From: Sphingobacteriaceae bacterium
Lineage (GTDB): Bacteria; Bacteroidota; Bacteroidia; B-17B0; Aurantibacillaceae
NCBI GenBank assembly: GCA_947457335.1
Contig: CANGWA010000001.1
Span: 1-59,238 of the forward strand
DNA length: 59,238 bases
Direction of reading: 5' to 3'
Each line of letters begins with the position of its first letter. The stretch's first letter is position 1. Shown one piece after another: positions 18,725 to 28,674 of the stretch. Made by a program: the position numbers and the translations under genes. The notes beneath the pieces were generated by a model. That model worked only from the letters and a program-made list of their open reading frames with translations, was not told the origin of the DNA and did not search any database.

Positions 18725-19264
18725 ATGCGTAAACCTCTCTCTTCCCTACTCGTTTTTTCAGTCGTGCTGTTGCTCGTGGCGAGTGCGTGTACCGAAGAAA
18801 AAGAGCCGATTGAAAATGAAAGGCATTTCTTGGGCTACCACGTGTTGTTGGATTCCATTATTCGCACACAGCAAGGGTTGTTTCGTGGACTAGAGCTCAA
18901 CGCGCGGTCTAAGGACATTTATGCTACCGAGCGCCAACAGCCTTCTAAAAAAGAGGACAATCATTTGTTCTACGACTACACGATTGACAGTACCACCAAT
19001 TATTTAATTGATTATACCCTCAACAACGATAGTCTCGAAGAAATTAGTGTACAAATTAACTGCAAGGATCTGGAGTTAAGCTCTTACTTGTTTTGCGACT
19101 TCAAAGATTATTATGGGTACCGCCTTCCCAACCCGCGTGAGGACAAAGGTTACGTGGTGTACAACTGCGTAGAAGGCGAACGCCGTCCGTTTGTGGTATC
19201 GCTGAGCGACAACTCTAGCCCAACCATGGGCATCTTGAGTTTAATTATTTACAAGGATAAGTAG
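18725..19264 (+). CDS. Hypothetical lipoprotein
   Basis: Lipobox-like LLVASA-C followed by acidic TEEKE; no recognised domain. Confidence 0.65.
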   Translation: MRKPLSSLLVFSVVLLLVASACTEEKEPIENERHFLGYHVLLDSIIRTQQGLFRGLELNARSKDIYATERQQPSKKEDNHLFYDYTIDSTTNYLIDYTLNNDSLEEISVQINCKDLELSSYLFCDFKDYYGYRLPNPREDKGYVVYNCVEGERRPFVVSLSDNSSPTMGILSLIIYKDK

Positions 19265-19556
19265 AGGGTGGTGTAAACGCCTCAACTCTCAATTTTCAAT
19301 TGCTCTCAACTTTCAAAATGGGGTAGAGGGTAACGTCAACGCTTCAATTCTCCATTCTCAATTCTCTATTTGCTTTCACGCATGCGGCGTTCCTGCCATT
19401 AACCATTTACAATTTACCATTCACCATTCACGCGTAAATGAACGTCAACGCTTCAATTCTCCATTCTCAATTCTCAATTAATCTCAATTTTCAATTGCTC
19501 TCAACTTTCAATTTTCCATTCTCAATTTTCCATTCTCAATTTTCCATTCTCAATTT
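19262..19556. repeat. Composite heptamer tandem-repeat module (inverted relative of 9172-9404)
   Basis: TCTCAAT/TTTCAAT/TCCATTC heptamer runs headed by GT(A/C)AACGC. Exact 35-bp repeat at 19332-19366 and 19441-19475; exact 30-bp repeat at 19287-19316 and 19482-19511. Confidence 0.9.
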
Positions 19557-19562
19557 ATTAGT

Positions 19563-19744
19563 GCGCCTGCCGCATCCACCTCCATTTACGTCAGCGGCAC
19601 CGGGCTTTCCGCCATAGTATACGCGCCAAGCCTAACTTGCCCTAATTGGTGCGGGGTCTCGCCTTGCAGTAGCCGGCGAGCCTCCACCCACCAAGGGCAA
19701 GTAAGGCTTGCCGGCGTATAGCTATTGGCGTCAATCCCTGGCGC
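19563..19744 (-). repeat. Long intergenic imperfect hairpin element, copy 3
   Basis: Minus strand: GCGCC-AGGGATTGACGCC...long stem (TATACGC/CAAGCCT/ACTTGCCCT arms)...GGCGGAAAGCCC-GG-TGCCGC...GCGGCA-GGCGC. Confidence 0.7.
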
Positions 19745-19769
19745 GGCTTTAACGCTTACTTTTTCGCCA

Positions 19770-20942
19770 TTATTCTCCGATGAACTTCTTGTAAAAAACA
19801 CCTTCTTTAGTTATCAACCTCACAATCATCACGCCGTGTAAGTCGTGTGCGTCAATTTCAAAAGGACTTTGATGTCCTGTTCCACTTAACTGCACGCTTC
19901 CATTCACATCAATAATTTCGTATGTAAATGGAAGAGCAGGTCCATTTATCACTAAAGCTTTTTTAGCTGAATTAATATAGCACTTGATGTCACGCAATGT
20001 TTCTTTAGACAGAGCAACCGGATCACTGTACACCCACGTTTCATTTAAACGCACATTTGATTGATCGATGCCGCAGGTGTAATATATTTTTCCGTTGAGC
20101 ACCGCCGACATGCCGCCCTTGCGCACAGCACCGCTAAATGCGGTCAGTTGGCTCCATGTTTTTTGTTGCACGTGGTAGTACCACACCCCTGACGTGCATT
20201 TATAAAGTGAATCGTGTCCACACAACAATACCAACCCTTGTCCATATGGTACTAAGCTGGCATACGCGTACCCTTGGTTGTTGGGCAATGTTGCCTCTTG
20301 CGACCAACTATCGTTTATTGGATCGTACTTGTATAAATACTTGTTGAATTTTCCATTCGCTGTAATCCCACCAGCGAGATAGCCATACCCATTGTAGGTT
20401 GTGCCGGCGGCGCGCCACACGGGTATAAAAGGCACATCGTTCTTTTTTGTCCAACTGTCGTTACCCATGTCGTACCACCACACTTCGGCGGTGGCGGTTT
20501 GGTCGGCGGCACGGCCGCACGCCACCACCCCTTTGTTATCGAACGAAAACGCAACGGCTGCCATGTTGCCTGGTCCAGGTCGATTGGCTTTTTTCACCCA
20601 TTGCAACGAAGCGGTAGAGTATTGGTACAAGTCGTTTTGTGTGCCGCCAGCATCGCCACCAAACACATAAAACACTTCGTTGTAGTTGAATGTACACGCA
20701 TATTGACGTGGGGCCCCTGGCAATGTAGCAATAGAAGAAAACGTAGCCGCTTGCGGATTAAACACATAAAAGTCGTTGGCTGGTCCCGCACCATTGCGCT
20801 GTCCCGTGCCCACGTACCATGTGCCGTTACACACCACGCCGACTCCGTCGTCGCGTGAGGTGCTTGGGAAATCAGCGAGTTGCGTCCACGTTTGTGCCTG
20901 CAAACAACCACCCACTAACAAGCTATACCACCAGCCCTTCAC
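19770..20942 (-). CDS. Secreted Kelch-repeat (beta-propeller) protein, possible degenerate T9SS tail
   Basis: Signal peptide, about six Kelch repeats (YVFGG...Y...W), Ig-like C-terminus ending GVFYKKFI. Confidence 0.8.
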   Translation of the reverse strand: MKGWWYSLLVGGCLQAQTWTQLADFPSTSRDDGVGVVCNGTWYVGTGQRNGAGPANDFYVFNPQAATFSSIATLPGAPRQYACTFNYNEVFYVFGGDAGGTQNDLYQYSTASLQWVKKANRPGPGNMAAVAFSFDNKGVVACGRAADQTATAEVWWYDMGNDSWTKKNDVPFIPVWRAAGTTYNGYGYLAGGITANGKFNKYLYKYDPINDSWSQEATLPNNQGYAYASLVPYGQGLVLLCGHDSLYKCTSGVWYYHVQQKTWSQLTAFSGAVRKGGMSAVLNGKIYYTCGIDQSNVRLNETWVYSDPVALSKETLRDIKCYINSAKKALVINGPALPFTYEIIDVNGSVQLSGTGHQSPFEIDAHDLHGVMIVRLITKEGVFYKKFIGE

Positions 20943-21409
20943 TTCTTTTTTGCAGCTTTTTTAGGGGCGGATTTAAGCGCCGGTTGAGTAGTTGCTTTGG
21001 CAGCCACTTTTACCGCTGCCTTTTTAGCTGGCTTTTTCTTGATTGCCTTTTCAGCCGCCTTCAGCGCATCTTCTCGCAATCGGAACTTTACGATTTTAGT
21101 TATTAGTCCTACCGGCAATTGACAATCATAAGGAAATTGAATGGCCCCTTTTGTGGTCACATAATCCTTGAGTTCATTGGCGAACACTTTTGTTGGTGAG
21201 CCAGTGGGATAGAACCCTAGATGTTTTTTTGCTGCAGCGAAATAAACCAACACCCCGTGTTGTTTAAAAGCGGGCATGCCGTAACTGATGACTTCTGTTG
21301 CTTTGGGAGCCGCTTTGCGGATGATGGTGCGCATGGTTTCGAGTACAGGCCGATGGGCGGCATCAGCAGCGGCAATATAGGCATCGGTGGTAGTGATATT
21401 GGTTTTCAT
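20939..21409 (-). CDS. DUF1801/YdhG family protein with Lys/Ala-rich histone-H1-like tail
   Basis: EVISYGMPAF...YFAAAKKHLGFYP...KGAIQFP; tail KKKPAKKAAVK...KSAPKKAAKKK. Confidence 0.85.
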   Translation of the reverse strand: MKTNITTTDAYIAAADAAHRPVLETMRTIIRKAAPKATEVISYGMPAFKQHGVLVYFAAAKKHLGFYPTGSPTKVFANELKDYVTTKGAIQFPYDCQLPVGLITKIVKFRLREDALKAAEKAIKKKPAKKAAVKVAAKATTQPALKSAPKKAAKKK

Positions 21410-21609
21410 TACTTCGTTCGGGGAATTCCCGCTTTATTCATTTCACACGTATTACAATAGGATTTGCCATCGCAGCCAATTACACCGGGGCAATCCATCG
21501 TACACATTTGACCGCGCATTTCTCTTTCCAATTTCGCATCGTAGCAGGTGCGCACTTTGGTGCATTGCGTCAGCACGAAAAGTGTACTGAACAGGAGGAG
21601 GGTTTTCAT
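21409..21609 (-). CDS. Small Kazal-type protease inhibitor domain protein (probable lipoprotein)
   Basis: Hydrophobic leader ending LTQ-C; CTMDCPGVIGCDGKSYCNTCE fits the Kazal core; start at ATG 21609. Confidence 0.7.
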   Translation of the reverse strand: MKTLLLFSTLFVLTQCTKVRTCYDAKLEREMRGQMCTMDCPGVIGCDGKSYCNTCEMNKAGIPRTK

Positions 21610-21635
21610 GTGACTAAAACGGGTTTTTATGCACA

Positions 21636-22022
21636 TTAGTATTTGGCTTTGAGCCAGAGTTGGATGATTTTTTTGAAGGCGGCTTCTTGTGATTGAAGGT
21701 CCTCTAAACCCTTAAACTGGGCAACAGCACGGTTGTTAGCTGGCCAGGCAAGTAATCCATAAGCATCGTCTATCAAAGGCATAGAGGGGATCTTGGTTTT
21801 AGCAGCGCCGCAATGCAGTATAACGCGCACCATGCCTTTTCCGCTTAAATTGAGTGTGATGCGGTCGGTTTGCTTATAAACGTAGTTCGGCGCATTCCAT
21901 TTCACATCCTCGATTAACTGTTTATCACAACTTAAAATCAAACGGCGCAGCGCGTCAATGAGTTCGCGTTGAGGGTGTTTTTTTTGATCGAGAAATTCAT
22001 TTACCTGTTTGTTGAGTTCCAT
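21636..22022 (-). CDS. DUF1801 family protein
   Basis: V.EFL...LR.LIL...EDVKWNAPNY...LHCGA...II.LW pattern. Confidence 0.8.
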   Translation of the reverse strand: MELNKQVNEFLDQKKHPQRELIDALRRLILSCDKQLIEDVKWNAPNYVYKQTDRITLNLSGKGMVRVILHCGAAKTKIPSMPLIDDAYGLLAWPANNRAVAQFKGLEDLQSQEAAFKKIIQLWLKAKY

Positions 22023-22168
22023 GATAGGTGGCGTTTAAGAACTGTATTGAAAGATCAAGATAGGAAAAAAGGAGGGGGTTGGCAAATATGGGCGAAGAGG
22101 TTGTAAAGTTTAGGAAGGAAGGGATAGGTGGAGTAATTGACCCTCAAAGACCTTTGCAGCCCATATGA

Positions 22169-22196
22169 ATTGAAAGTTGAGAATTGAAAATTGAGA
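22169..22196. repeat. Short RTTGARA heptamer run
   Basis: ATTGAAA GTTGAGA ATTGAAA ATTGAGA, the same unit as 9276-9352. Confidence 0.75.
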
Positions 22197-22315
22197 ATGG
22201 GTTGAACTTCACTTTGCGTTCGAACCCTGAAGGGAAAGCCACGAGCATTGGCGGTAATCAATCGCTTTCTGCTTCTTGGGGTGCTACTTTATCTCTTCGC
22301 GTTCTTTTTATCCAT

Positions 22316-22347
22316 AAAAAAAGAGCTGCCTTGTTTAGACAGCTCTT
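22316..22347 (-). terminator. Intrinsic terminator of the nuo operon
   Basis: Minus strand AAGAGCTGTC-TAAACAA-GGCAGCTCTT followed by a T run, about 20 bp after the nuoN stop. Confidence 0.75.
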
Positions 22348-22366
22348 CCTAAAAAAAATCGCTTAC

Positions 22367-23746
22367 TTAAAATTCAAATATCTCGGCCACAAGCCCTGGC
22401 ACAACACCAATCACGAGCGTTGCCACCGATGCAATGATCACCACCATTTTAGTAGCGCTGTTTTCTTCGATTGGGTGTTTGTCTCCTTCTCGGAAATACA
22501 TGGCGATAATTACCTTTAAATAGTAATAGGCACCAACTGCGGACGTAATAGCACCGAGAATCAACAACCATTTATAGCCCGAATCCATTACAGCAGTAAA
22601 AACAAAATACTTGGCAAAGAATCCAGCCGTTACAGGAATACCAGCTAACGATAACATAGCAATGCTCATGCACACTGCCATTAGGGGATTGCGTTTTGCT
22701 AATCCGTTAAAAGCATCGATAGAGTGGTCGTTATTGCGTGATACGCTGTACAACACACCAAAAGCAGCAATGCTGCCAGCCGAATAGGCCAGTGTGTAAT
22801 ACAAGATAGCCTCGATAGACAAACCTGAGCGCACATTCGCCAAAACCACCATTAGCATAAATGCAGCGTGGCTAATGCTAGAATAGGCCAACATGCGCTT
22901 CACGCTGGTTTGAACAGCAGCCGTGAAGTTGGCGATGATAAGCGACAAAGCAATCACGCCAGCCAACATATGGTGCCATACGCCGTTTACATCGTTCAAC
23001 ACAATCATGAATAAACGCAAGATGGCAGCAAATGCAGCGGTTTTAACAACGGTGCTCATAAATGCAGTGACCAACGTGGGCGCACCTTCATACACATCTG
23101 GTGCCCAGAAGTGGAACGGTGCAGCAGCTACTTTAAAACACATGGCCGATAAAATCATGATTACACCCGCATAGAAAAACGTAGGAAGTTCTTGTCCCGA
23201 TGAGAGTAACGAAGCAATCTTATCCAAATCAAATGTTGCTGTGGCACCGTACACCAAGGCAATACCGAACAACAAAATGGCGCTCGCAAACGAACCCATG
23301 ATTAAGTATTTGAAACCAGCTTCGTTACTACGGATATCTTCCTTACGGCTGGCCGCCATCACGTACAGCGGAATACTCATGATTTCAATACCGAGAAACA
23401 ACGTATTCATGTTCTTGAAGGCCGTCATCATCACGGCGCCCACCAATGCAAACAAAATCAAGGCAGAATGATCGGTAATGACCGATTCGCGGCGGAAAAA
23501 GTCCCCAGCCAGAATAAACCAGAAGAATGCCGTTACAAGAATTACCCCTGTGAAGGATAAGGCAATGTGGTCAAAAGCAATCATGTTGTTAAACCAAGTA
23601 ACCGGAGTGTTCCATTCGCGCAGGTTCGCTGCAAATGCAGCTACCAGTCCAACTAAAACCAATGGCAACACTGCTTTACGGAATTTTAATATCTCGGCCA
23701 ACATGGCCAGAATTCCGAGTCCGCTAATGATAAAAAGTCCGTTCAT
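22367..23746 (-). CDS. nuoN: NADH-quinone oxidoreductase subunit N
   Basis: EAGFKYL, FKVAAAPFHFWAPDVYEGAP, KRMLAYSSISH; operon position. Confidence 0.95.
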   Translation of the reverse strand: MNGLFIISGLGILAMLAEILKFRKAVLPLVLVGLVAAFAANLREWNTPVTWFNNMIAFDHIALSFTGVILVTAFFWFILAGDFFRRESVITDHSALILFALVGAVMMTAFKNMNTLFLGIEIMSIPLYVMAASRKEDIRSNEAGFKYLIMGSFASAILLFGIALVYGATATFDLDKIASLLSSGQELPTFFYAGVIMILSAMCFKVAAAPFHFWAPDVYEGAPTLVTAFMSTVVKTAAFAAILRLFMIVLNDVNGVWHHMLAGVIALSLIIANFTAAVQTSVKRMLAYSSISHAAFMLMVVLANVRSGLSIEAILYYTLAYSAGSIAAFGVLYSVSRNNDHSIDAFNGLAKRNPLMAVCMSIAMLSLAGIPVTAGFFAKYFVFTAVMDSGYKWLLILGAITSAVGAYYYLKVIIAMYFREGDKHPIEENSATKMVVIIASVATLVIGVVPGLVAEIFEF

Positions 23747-23770
23747 ATCTTAATCACAATTCGTTTAAAT

Positions 23771-25231
23771 TCATTTGAGGTTTGAAATCACAGCGCGGGC
23801 ACCTTCTTCAGCCAACTCATTCAAAGGGCCAGGGAACACACCAAAAAAGATAACCGCGGCGCACACAACGATGAGTACGAGTTTATCTGTAGACTGAAGG
23901 GCGCCAAAAGACATACTGGATTCTTTCTTATCACCGAGCATAATGCCTTGGTAGCTGCGCAACATGTAAACGGCACCGAGAATAATTGTCAACCCTGCAA
24001 AGCCTGCCATTACTGCGTTGTATTGGTACACGCCGTTCATCAATAAGAATTCACCAATGAATCCGTTGGTCAATGGCAAGGCCACTGCACCGAGAACAAT
24101 GATGAGGAATAAAACAGCAAAATTACCATTCATGGCGCGGATGCCTCCCAATTCACTGATGAGGCGGGTTCCGGTGTGGCGCACTAAAATGTCAGCAATC
24201 AGGAACAAGCCCACCACATTGATACCGTGCGCCATCATTTGCATCAAGGCGCCTTGCACACCTTGTTGATTGGCTGAAAAAATACCAGCAGCAATGAGTC
24301 CCACGTGCGCAATGGAAGAATACGCAATAAGCCGTTTAAAATCTTTTTGTACGATGGCAATGCACGAAGCATAAACAATACCAATTACTGAAAGCACCAT
24401 GGCAGTATTGGCCCATTGATCCATACCCATTGGCACTACAGGAATCAACCAACGAATCGCGCCAAAGGTGCCCATCTTCAACATAATACCTGAGAGCAAC
24501 ATGGTGCCTTGTGTTGGGGCGTTCACGTAGGTATCTGGTTGCCATGTATGGAAAGGGAATACAGGCATCTTCACTGCAAAAGCGACGAAGATTAACCAAA
24601 ACACCATGCCTTGTTGTGAGGCGTCGAGACTTCTACCGGCATCGTAAATATCTTGTAGCGCCCATGAATGCAGGCCATTCACATGGGTGTGGTTGTAGAG
24701 GTAAACCAATCCAACTAACATAAATAGCGAACCGAGTAAGGTGTATACAAAAAACTTAAACGTGATGTGGGCGCGACCTTCACCACCCCATAACAGACAG
24801 ATGAAGTAAATCGGAATTAACGCCAATTCCCAGAACACATAAAAAAGGAACCCATCCGTCGCTGCGAACACGCCTACGAGTGCCATTTGCATGAGGAGGA
24901 TAAGTCCATAGAAATTTTGTGGTTTCTCATAATTGGTTGAGAACGACGACAAAATAATCAGCGGCACCAAGAAGGTGGTCAGTAGAATCATGAGCAAGCT
25001 CATCGCATCTGCTTTTACAGCAAAATGAATGGCGAGTGATTTCACCCAGGTGCAATCCAAGCTCAGGAGCGAGGAGTCGGGGTTGTGACGGTAGGACATC
25101 CAGACAAAAATTGCCAGTGCCAATTCGGCAACCGACGCACCCAGCGCCAATTGACGGGACGCATTGCCCTTGGTCATGAAAACCAGTAGGGAAGCGACGA
25201 GTGGAAGAACGATCAGTAATCCTGTTAACAT
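23771..25231 (-). CDS. nuoM: NADH-quinone oxidoreductase subunit M
   Basis: FYVFWEL, AVKMPVFPFHTWQP, LKMGTFG, IAYSSIAH. Confidence 0.95.
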   Translation of the reverse strand: MLTGLLIVLPLVASLLVFMTKGNASRQLALGASVAELALAIFVWMSYRHNPDSSLLSLDCTWVKSLAIHFAVKADAMSLLMILLTTFLVPLIILSSFSTNYEKPQNFYGLILLMQMALVGVFAATDGFLFYVFWELALIPIYFICLLWGGEGRAHITFKFFVYTLLGSLFMLVGLVYLYNHTHVNGLHSWALQDIYDAGRSLDASQQGMVFWLIFVAFAVKMPVFPFHTWQPDTYVNAPTQGTMLLSGIMLKMGTFGAIRWLIPVVPMGMDQWANTAMVLSVIGIVYASCIAIVQKDFKRLIAYSSIAHVGLIAAGIFSANQQGVQGALMQMMAHGINVVGLFLIADILVRHTGTRLISELGGIRAMNGNFAVLFLIIVLGAVALPLTNGFIGEFLLMNGVYQYNAVMAGFAGLTIILGAVYMLRSYQGIMLGDKKESSMSFGALQSTDKLVLIVVCAAVIFFGVFPGPLNELAEEGARAVISNLK

Positions 25232-25243
25232 GTGTTGTGCCTG

Positions 25244-27130
25244 TTAGAGGTTGAATGTGATAATAATTATTGCAATAAGTCCGATAGCCATGCCCATGAT
25301 GTAGAAACCGATGTTACCGGTTTGTAGCATGCGCACAAGGCCGCCGATTGATTTTACAGATGTGCCAACACCGTTAACGATGCCGTCTACAATCTGCAAG
25401 TCGACAAATTTGTGTAACGCGGTAGAGATGGCATCCAATGGTTTACGGATGATGGCGTCATAAATTTCATCAACGTAATACTTGTTGTAGACCACTTTTT
25501 GCCAGCCCTTCAAATTAGCTTCGTTAGCCTCTGGCAATACATTGTTCTTGCGGTAAACCATGTACGTGATGTAAATCACGGCCAAGGCGCCGCTCAAGGC
25601 AATACCCATGAGCATCCATTCGGTTTCGTGCGAAAGCGCACTGCCGTGTGGACGACGAATGATTGGCTCTAGCCACTCTTGCATCCAGTTGTGTGTGCCC
25701 CAAAATTCTGGCAGACCGAGTACACCACCGATGACGGACAAAGCAGCGAGCACCATCAACGGAATGGTCATAGAAGCCGGAGATTCATGCAGGTGCTCAG
25801 CTTGATGGTGCGTGCCGCGGAACGAACCGAAAAAGGTTACCCATAACAAACGGAACATATAAAAGGCAGTGAGCATTGACGTAATCATACCCAACATCCA
25901 CAACACTTTATTGTGTTCGTAAGCGTGTGCTAAAATTTCGTCCTTACTAAAAAAGCCGCTAAAAGGAAACACACCGCTGATAGCGATGGTGCCAATCAAC
26001 ATGGTGAGGTAGGTGATTTTGATTTTGTTGCTCAATCCACCCATGCGGCGAATATCCTGTTCACCACCCATGGCGTGAATAACCGAGCCAGCACCCAAGA
26101 ACAACAAGGCTTTAAAGAAAGCGTGGGTGGTGACGTGAAAAACGGAAGAACTAAAGGCACCTACGCCGAGGCCAAGAAACATGAGGCCGAGTTGTGACAC
26201 GGTGGAGTAAGCCAAAATTTTCTTGATATCGTTTTGGAACAAACCAATAGTAGCAGCAAAGAGTGCAGTGATCACCCCTACGATCGCCACAAATTCGCTA
26301 GCGGTATGGCTGATGGAGTAAAACACATTAGAACGCACCACCATAAAGATACCGGCGGTGACCATGGTGGCAGCGTGTATGAGGGCTGATACAGGCGTTG
26401 GACCCGCCATGGCATCAGGCAACCAGGTGTAGAGTGGCAATTGAGCCGATTTACCCATGGCACCAATAAATAACAAGATAGCAATAGCCGTTACGGTAGA
26501 AGAATCGGCAGCACCGGCATTTGGAAACACCTCTGTGTAAGTGATGCTACCATAGTTTACAAAAATGAGCAAGATGCCGAGTAAAAAACCAAGGTCACCA
26601 ATACGGTTCATTACAAAGGCTTTGCGAGCAGCATTGTTATATGCAGTATTCTTGTACCAGAAACCGATGAGCAAGTAGGAACAAAGTCCCACGCCTTCCC
26701 AACCCACAAACGTGATTAAGAAGTTATTGCCCAATACGAGCAACAACATAAAGAACACGAAAAGGTTCAAGTAGGTGAAGAAGCGCTGAAACCCTTCGTC
26801 ATCGTGCATGTATCCGGTAGAATAGACATGGATGAGGAAACCAATGCCCGTGATGATTAGCAGGAACCACGACGAAAGAGGGTCCACCAAAAACTGAAAT
26901 GGCACTTGCAGCGCACCGGCGCTAATCCATGACATCACATTCACCACATGTTCTTTTGCTTCAGAACCATTTAGTTCGATGAAAATTCCTAGGGACACGA
27001 TGAAGGATGCCAATACCGCTATACTAGCGATGGCACCGCTGAGCCCCTTGCTCATTTTTTTCCCAAAGAATCCGTTGAGCAGGAAACCCGCGAGCGGAAA
27101 CAGGGGAACGAGTGTAACAAGTTTAATCAT
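25244..27130 (-). CDS. nuoL: NADH-quinone oxidoreductase subunit L
   Basis: GWEGVGLCSYLLIGFW, GKSAQLPL.TWLPDAMAGPTPVSALIHAATMV, HAFFKALLFL. Confidence 0.97.
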   Translation of the reverse strand: MIKLVTLVPLFPLAGFLLNGFFGKKMSKGLSGAIASIAVLASFIVSLGIFIELNGSEAKEHVVNVMSWISAGALQVPFQFLVDPLSSWFLLIITGIGFLIHVYSTGYMHDDEGFQRFFTYLNLFVFFMLLLVLGNNFLITFVGWEGVGLCSYLLIGFWYKNTAYNNAARKAFVMNRIGDLGFLLGILLIFVNYGSITYTEVFPNAGAADSSTVTAIAILLFIGAMGKSAQLPLYTWLPDAMAGPTPVSALIHAATMVTAGIFMVVRSNVFYSISHTASEFVAIVGVITALFAATIGLFQNDIKKILAYSTVSQLGLMFLGLGVGAFSSSVFHVTTHAFFKALLFLGAGSVIHAMGGEQDIRRMGGLSNKIKITYLTMLIGTIAISGVFPFSGFFSKDEILAHAYEHNKVLWMLGMITSMLTAFYMFRLLWVTFFGSFRGTHHQAEHLHESPASMTIPLMVLAALSVIGGVLGLPEFWGTHNWMQEWLEPIIRRPHGSALSHETEWMLMGIALSGALAVIYITYMVYRKNNVLPEANEANLKGWQKVVYNKYYVDEIYDAIIRKPLDAISTALHKFVDLQIVDGIVNGVGTSVKSIGGLVRMLQTGNIGFYIMGMAIGLIAIIIITFNL

Positions 27131-27156
27131 TGCTTCTTGCGTTATCAGTAGATCAC

Positions 27157-27468
27157 TTAATTTTTAAGATTACCCAAATGATCGGTATCAATGTTTTTCA
27201 CATTGCGGTAGATCATACTCAAAATGGCAAGGCCCACCGCCACTTCAGCTGCAGCTACCGCCATGATGAAAAATACAAATACCTGTCCACTTGAATCTTC
27301 ATGCAAGCGGCTAAACGCCACTAACAATAGATTCACAGCATTGAGCATTAACTCAATGCACATAAACAGAATGATGGTGTTTCTGCGGGCCATCACCCCT
27401 ACTGCACCAATGATGAAGAGAATTACACTCAGCATCATGTACATATTTATTGAGATTCCGTTGATCAT
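27157..27468 (-). CDS. nuoK: NADH-quinone oxidoreductase subunit K
   Basis: RRN...IELMLNAVN...[12 protein letters not shown]; start moved to ATG 27468. Confidence 0.95.
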   Translation of the reverse strand: MINGISINMYMMLSVILFIIGAVGVMARRNTIILFMCIELMLNAVNLLLVAFSRLHEDSSGQVFVFFIMAVAAAEVAVGLAILSMIYRNVKNIDTDHLGNLKN

Positions 27469-27478
27469 CGCTTCAAAT

Positions 27479-28015
27479 TTATTCCTGATTACTTTCTGCC
27501 AATGGGCGGTCTTCTTTTTTACCAATCATAATCGCCCCAACCAATGCTGCTAACAACAGCACCGATACAATTTCAAATGGGAACAGGTATTCATCAAACA
27601 ATACTCTACCCAAATTACGCACCAGTCCGATTTCAGAATGGCCGTAACGGGTAATGGCCAATTGTTCTGAACCACGCAACGCCCCGACAACCACCAATAA
27701 CAATAATCCACCAATCACGCCGGCAATGACTTTACTAATCATAGTGCGTTGGGGTTCACTGTCCTGATTAAGGTTCATCAACATGATCACAAACAGGAAG
27801 AGCACCATTATCGCTCCCGCGTATACAGCGATGTGTACCACGGCAAGGAATTGTGCATTGAGCAGAAGGTAGTGCCCTGCAATGCAGAAGAAAGTGAGGA
27901 CGAGATAGAGGACAGAGTTCACCGGATTACGGCTGAACACCACCATCAGGCCAAACATAATGGCCATGAACGCCAGTATGCCGAAGAGCCATTGTGTAAT
28001 TGTGTATCCTAACAT
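27479..28015 (-). CDS. nuoJ: NADH-quinone oxidoreductase subunit J
   Basis: [25 protein letters not shown]. Confidence 0.95.
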   Translation of the reverse strand: MLGYTITQWLFGILAFMAIMFGLMVVFSRNPVNSVLYLVLTFFCIAGHYLLLNAQFLAVVHIAVYAGAIMVLFLFVIMLMNLNQDSEPQRTMISKVIAGVIGGLLLLVVVGALRGSEQLAITRYGHSEIGLVRNLGRVLFDEYLFPFEIVSVLLLAALVGAIMIGKKEDRPLAESNQE

Positions 28016-28039
28016 GGAATCGTTTTTATTTGGTTGGGA

Positions 28040-28648
28040 TTAATGAGGTTTACGGTGTCTGTCAATTTGTGTCTTGTCAAACAAACTGTTGTGTTTAAGT
28101 CCAGGGCGCTTTTTAAATTCAATTACCTCCGGCGTTTGACGTTTGGTCACATCGATGCGTTGATCGATTTTCTCTACCAATTTATCCTTGCCATACACAA
28201 AGGTCTCGCGCTCGTATTCCGACTCCACAAGACGGTCGGTAAGGAAAATGGCCTCTTTAGGGCAAGCTTCTTCACACAATCCACAGAAAATGCAACGCAG
28301 CATGTTGATTTCATAAGTGCTGGCATACTTCTCTTCGCGGTACAAGCCTTCTTCACCACGCTTGCGCTCTGCGCTTTCCATCGTGATGGCTTCTGCGGGA
28401 CAAGCGACAGCACACATACCACACGCGGTGCAGCGTTCTGCGCCATTCTCATCACGCTTTAACACGTGGCGACCTCTGTATACCGGAGCAATTTCACGCT
28501 GCTCTTCGGGGTACATGATGGTCGGCCGTTTTTTAAACAAGTGGCTGAAGGTGATCAGCATGCCCTTCACCACTGCCGGAAAATATATTCTCTCCGAAAG
28601 GGTTTGGTGCTTGTCTGATACGACTTTTCGTCTGTTGGTCAGTTGCAT
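28040..28648 (-). CDS. nuoI: NADH-quinone oxidoreductase subunit I
   Basis: Two 4Fe-4S motifs: CTACGMCAVACP and CIFCGLCEEACP. Confidence 0.97.
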   Translation of the reverse strand: MQLTNRRKVVSDKHQTLSERIYFPAVVKGMLITFSHLFKKRPTIMYPEEQREIAPVYRGRHVLKRDENGAERCTACGMCAVACPAEAITMESAERKRGEEGLYREEKYASTYEINMLRCIFCGLCEEACPKEAIFLTDRLVESEYERETFVYGKDKLVEKIDQRIDVTKRQTPEVIEFKKRPGLKHNSLFDKTQIDRHRKPH

Positions 28649-28674
28649 GTTTATACGTTTTTACAGGACTAAAA

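Noticed and set aside
19262-19556. Possible CRISPR array (35-bp and 30-bp exact repeats)
   Set aside because: Only two copies of each; the repeats and intervening DNA are themselves heptamer runs, spacing is irregular, and no cas genes are present.
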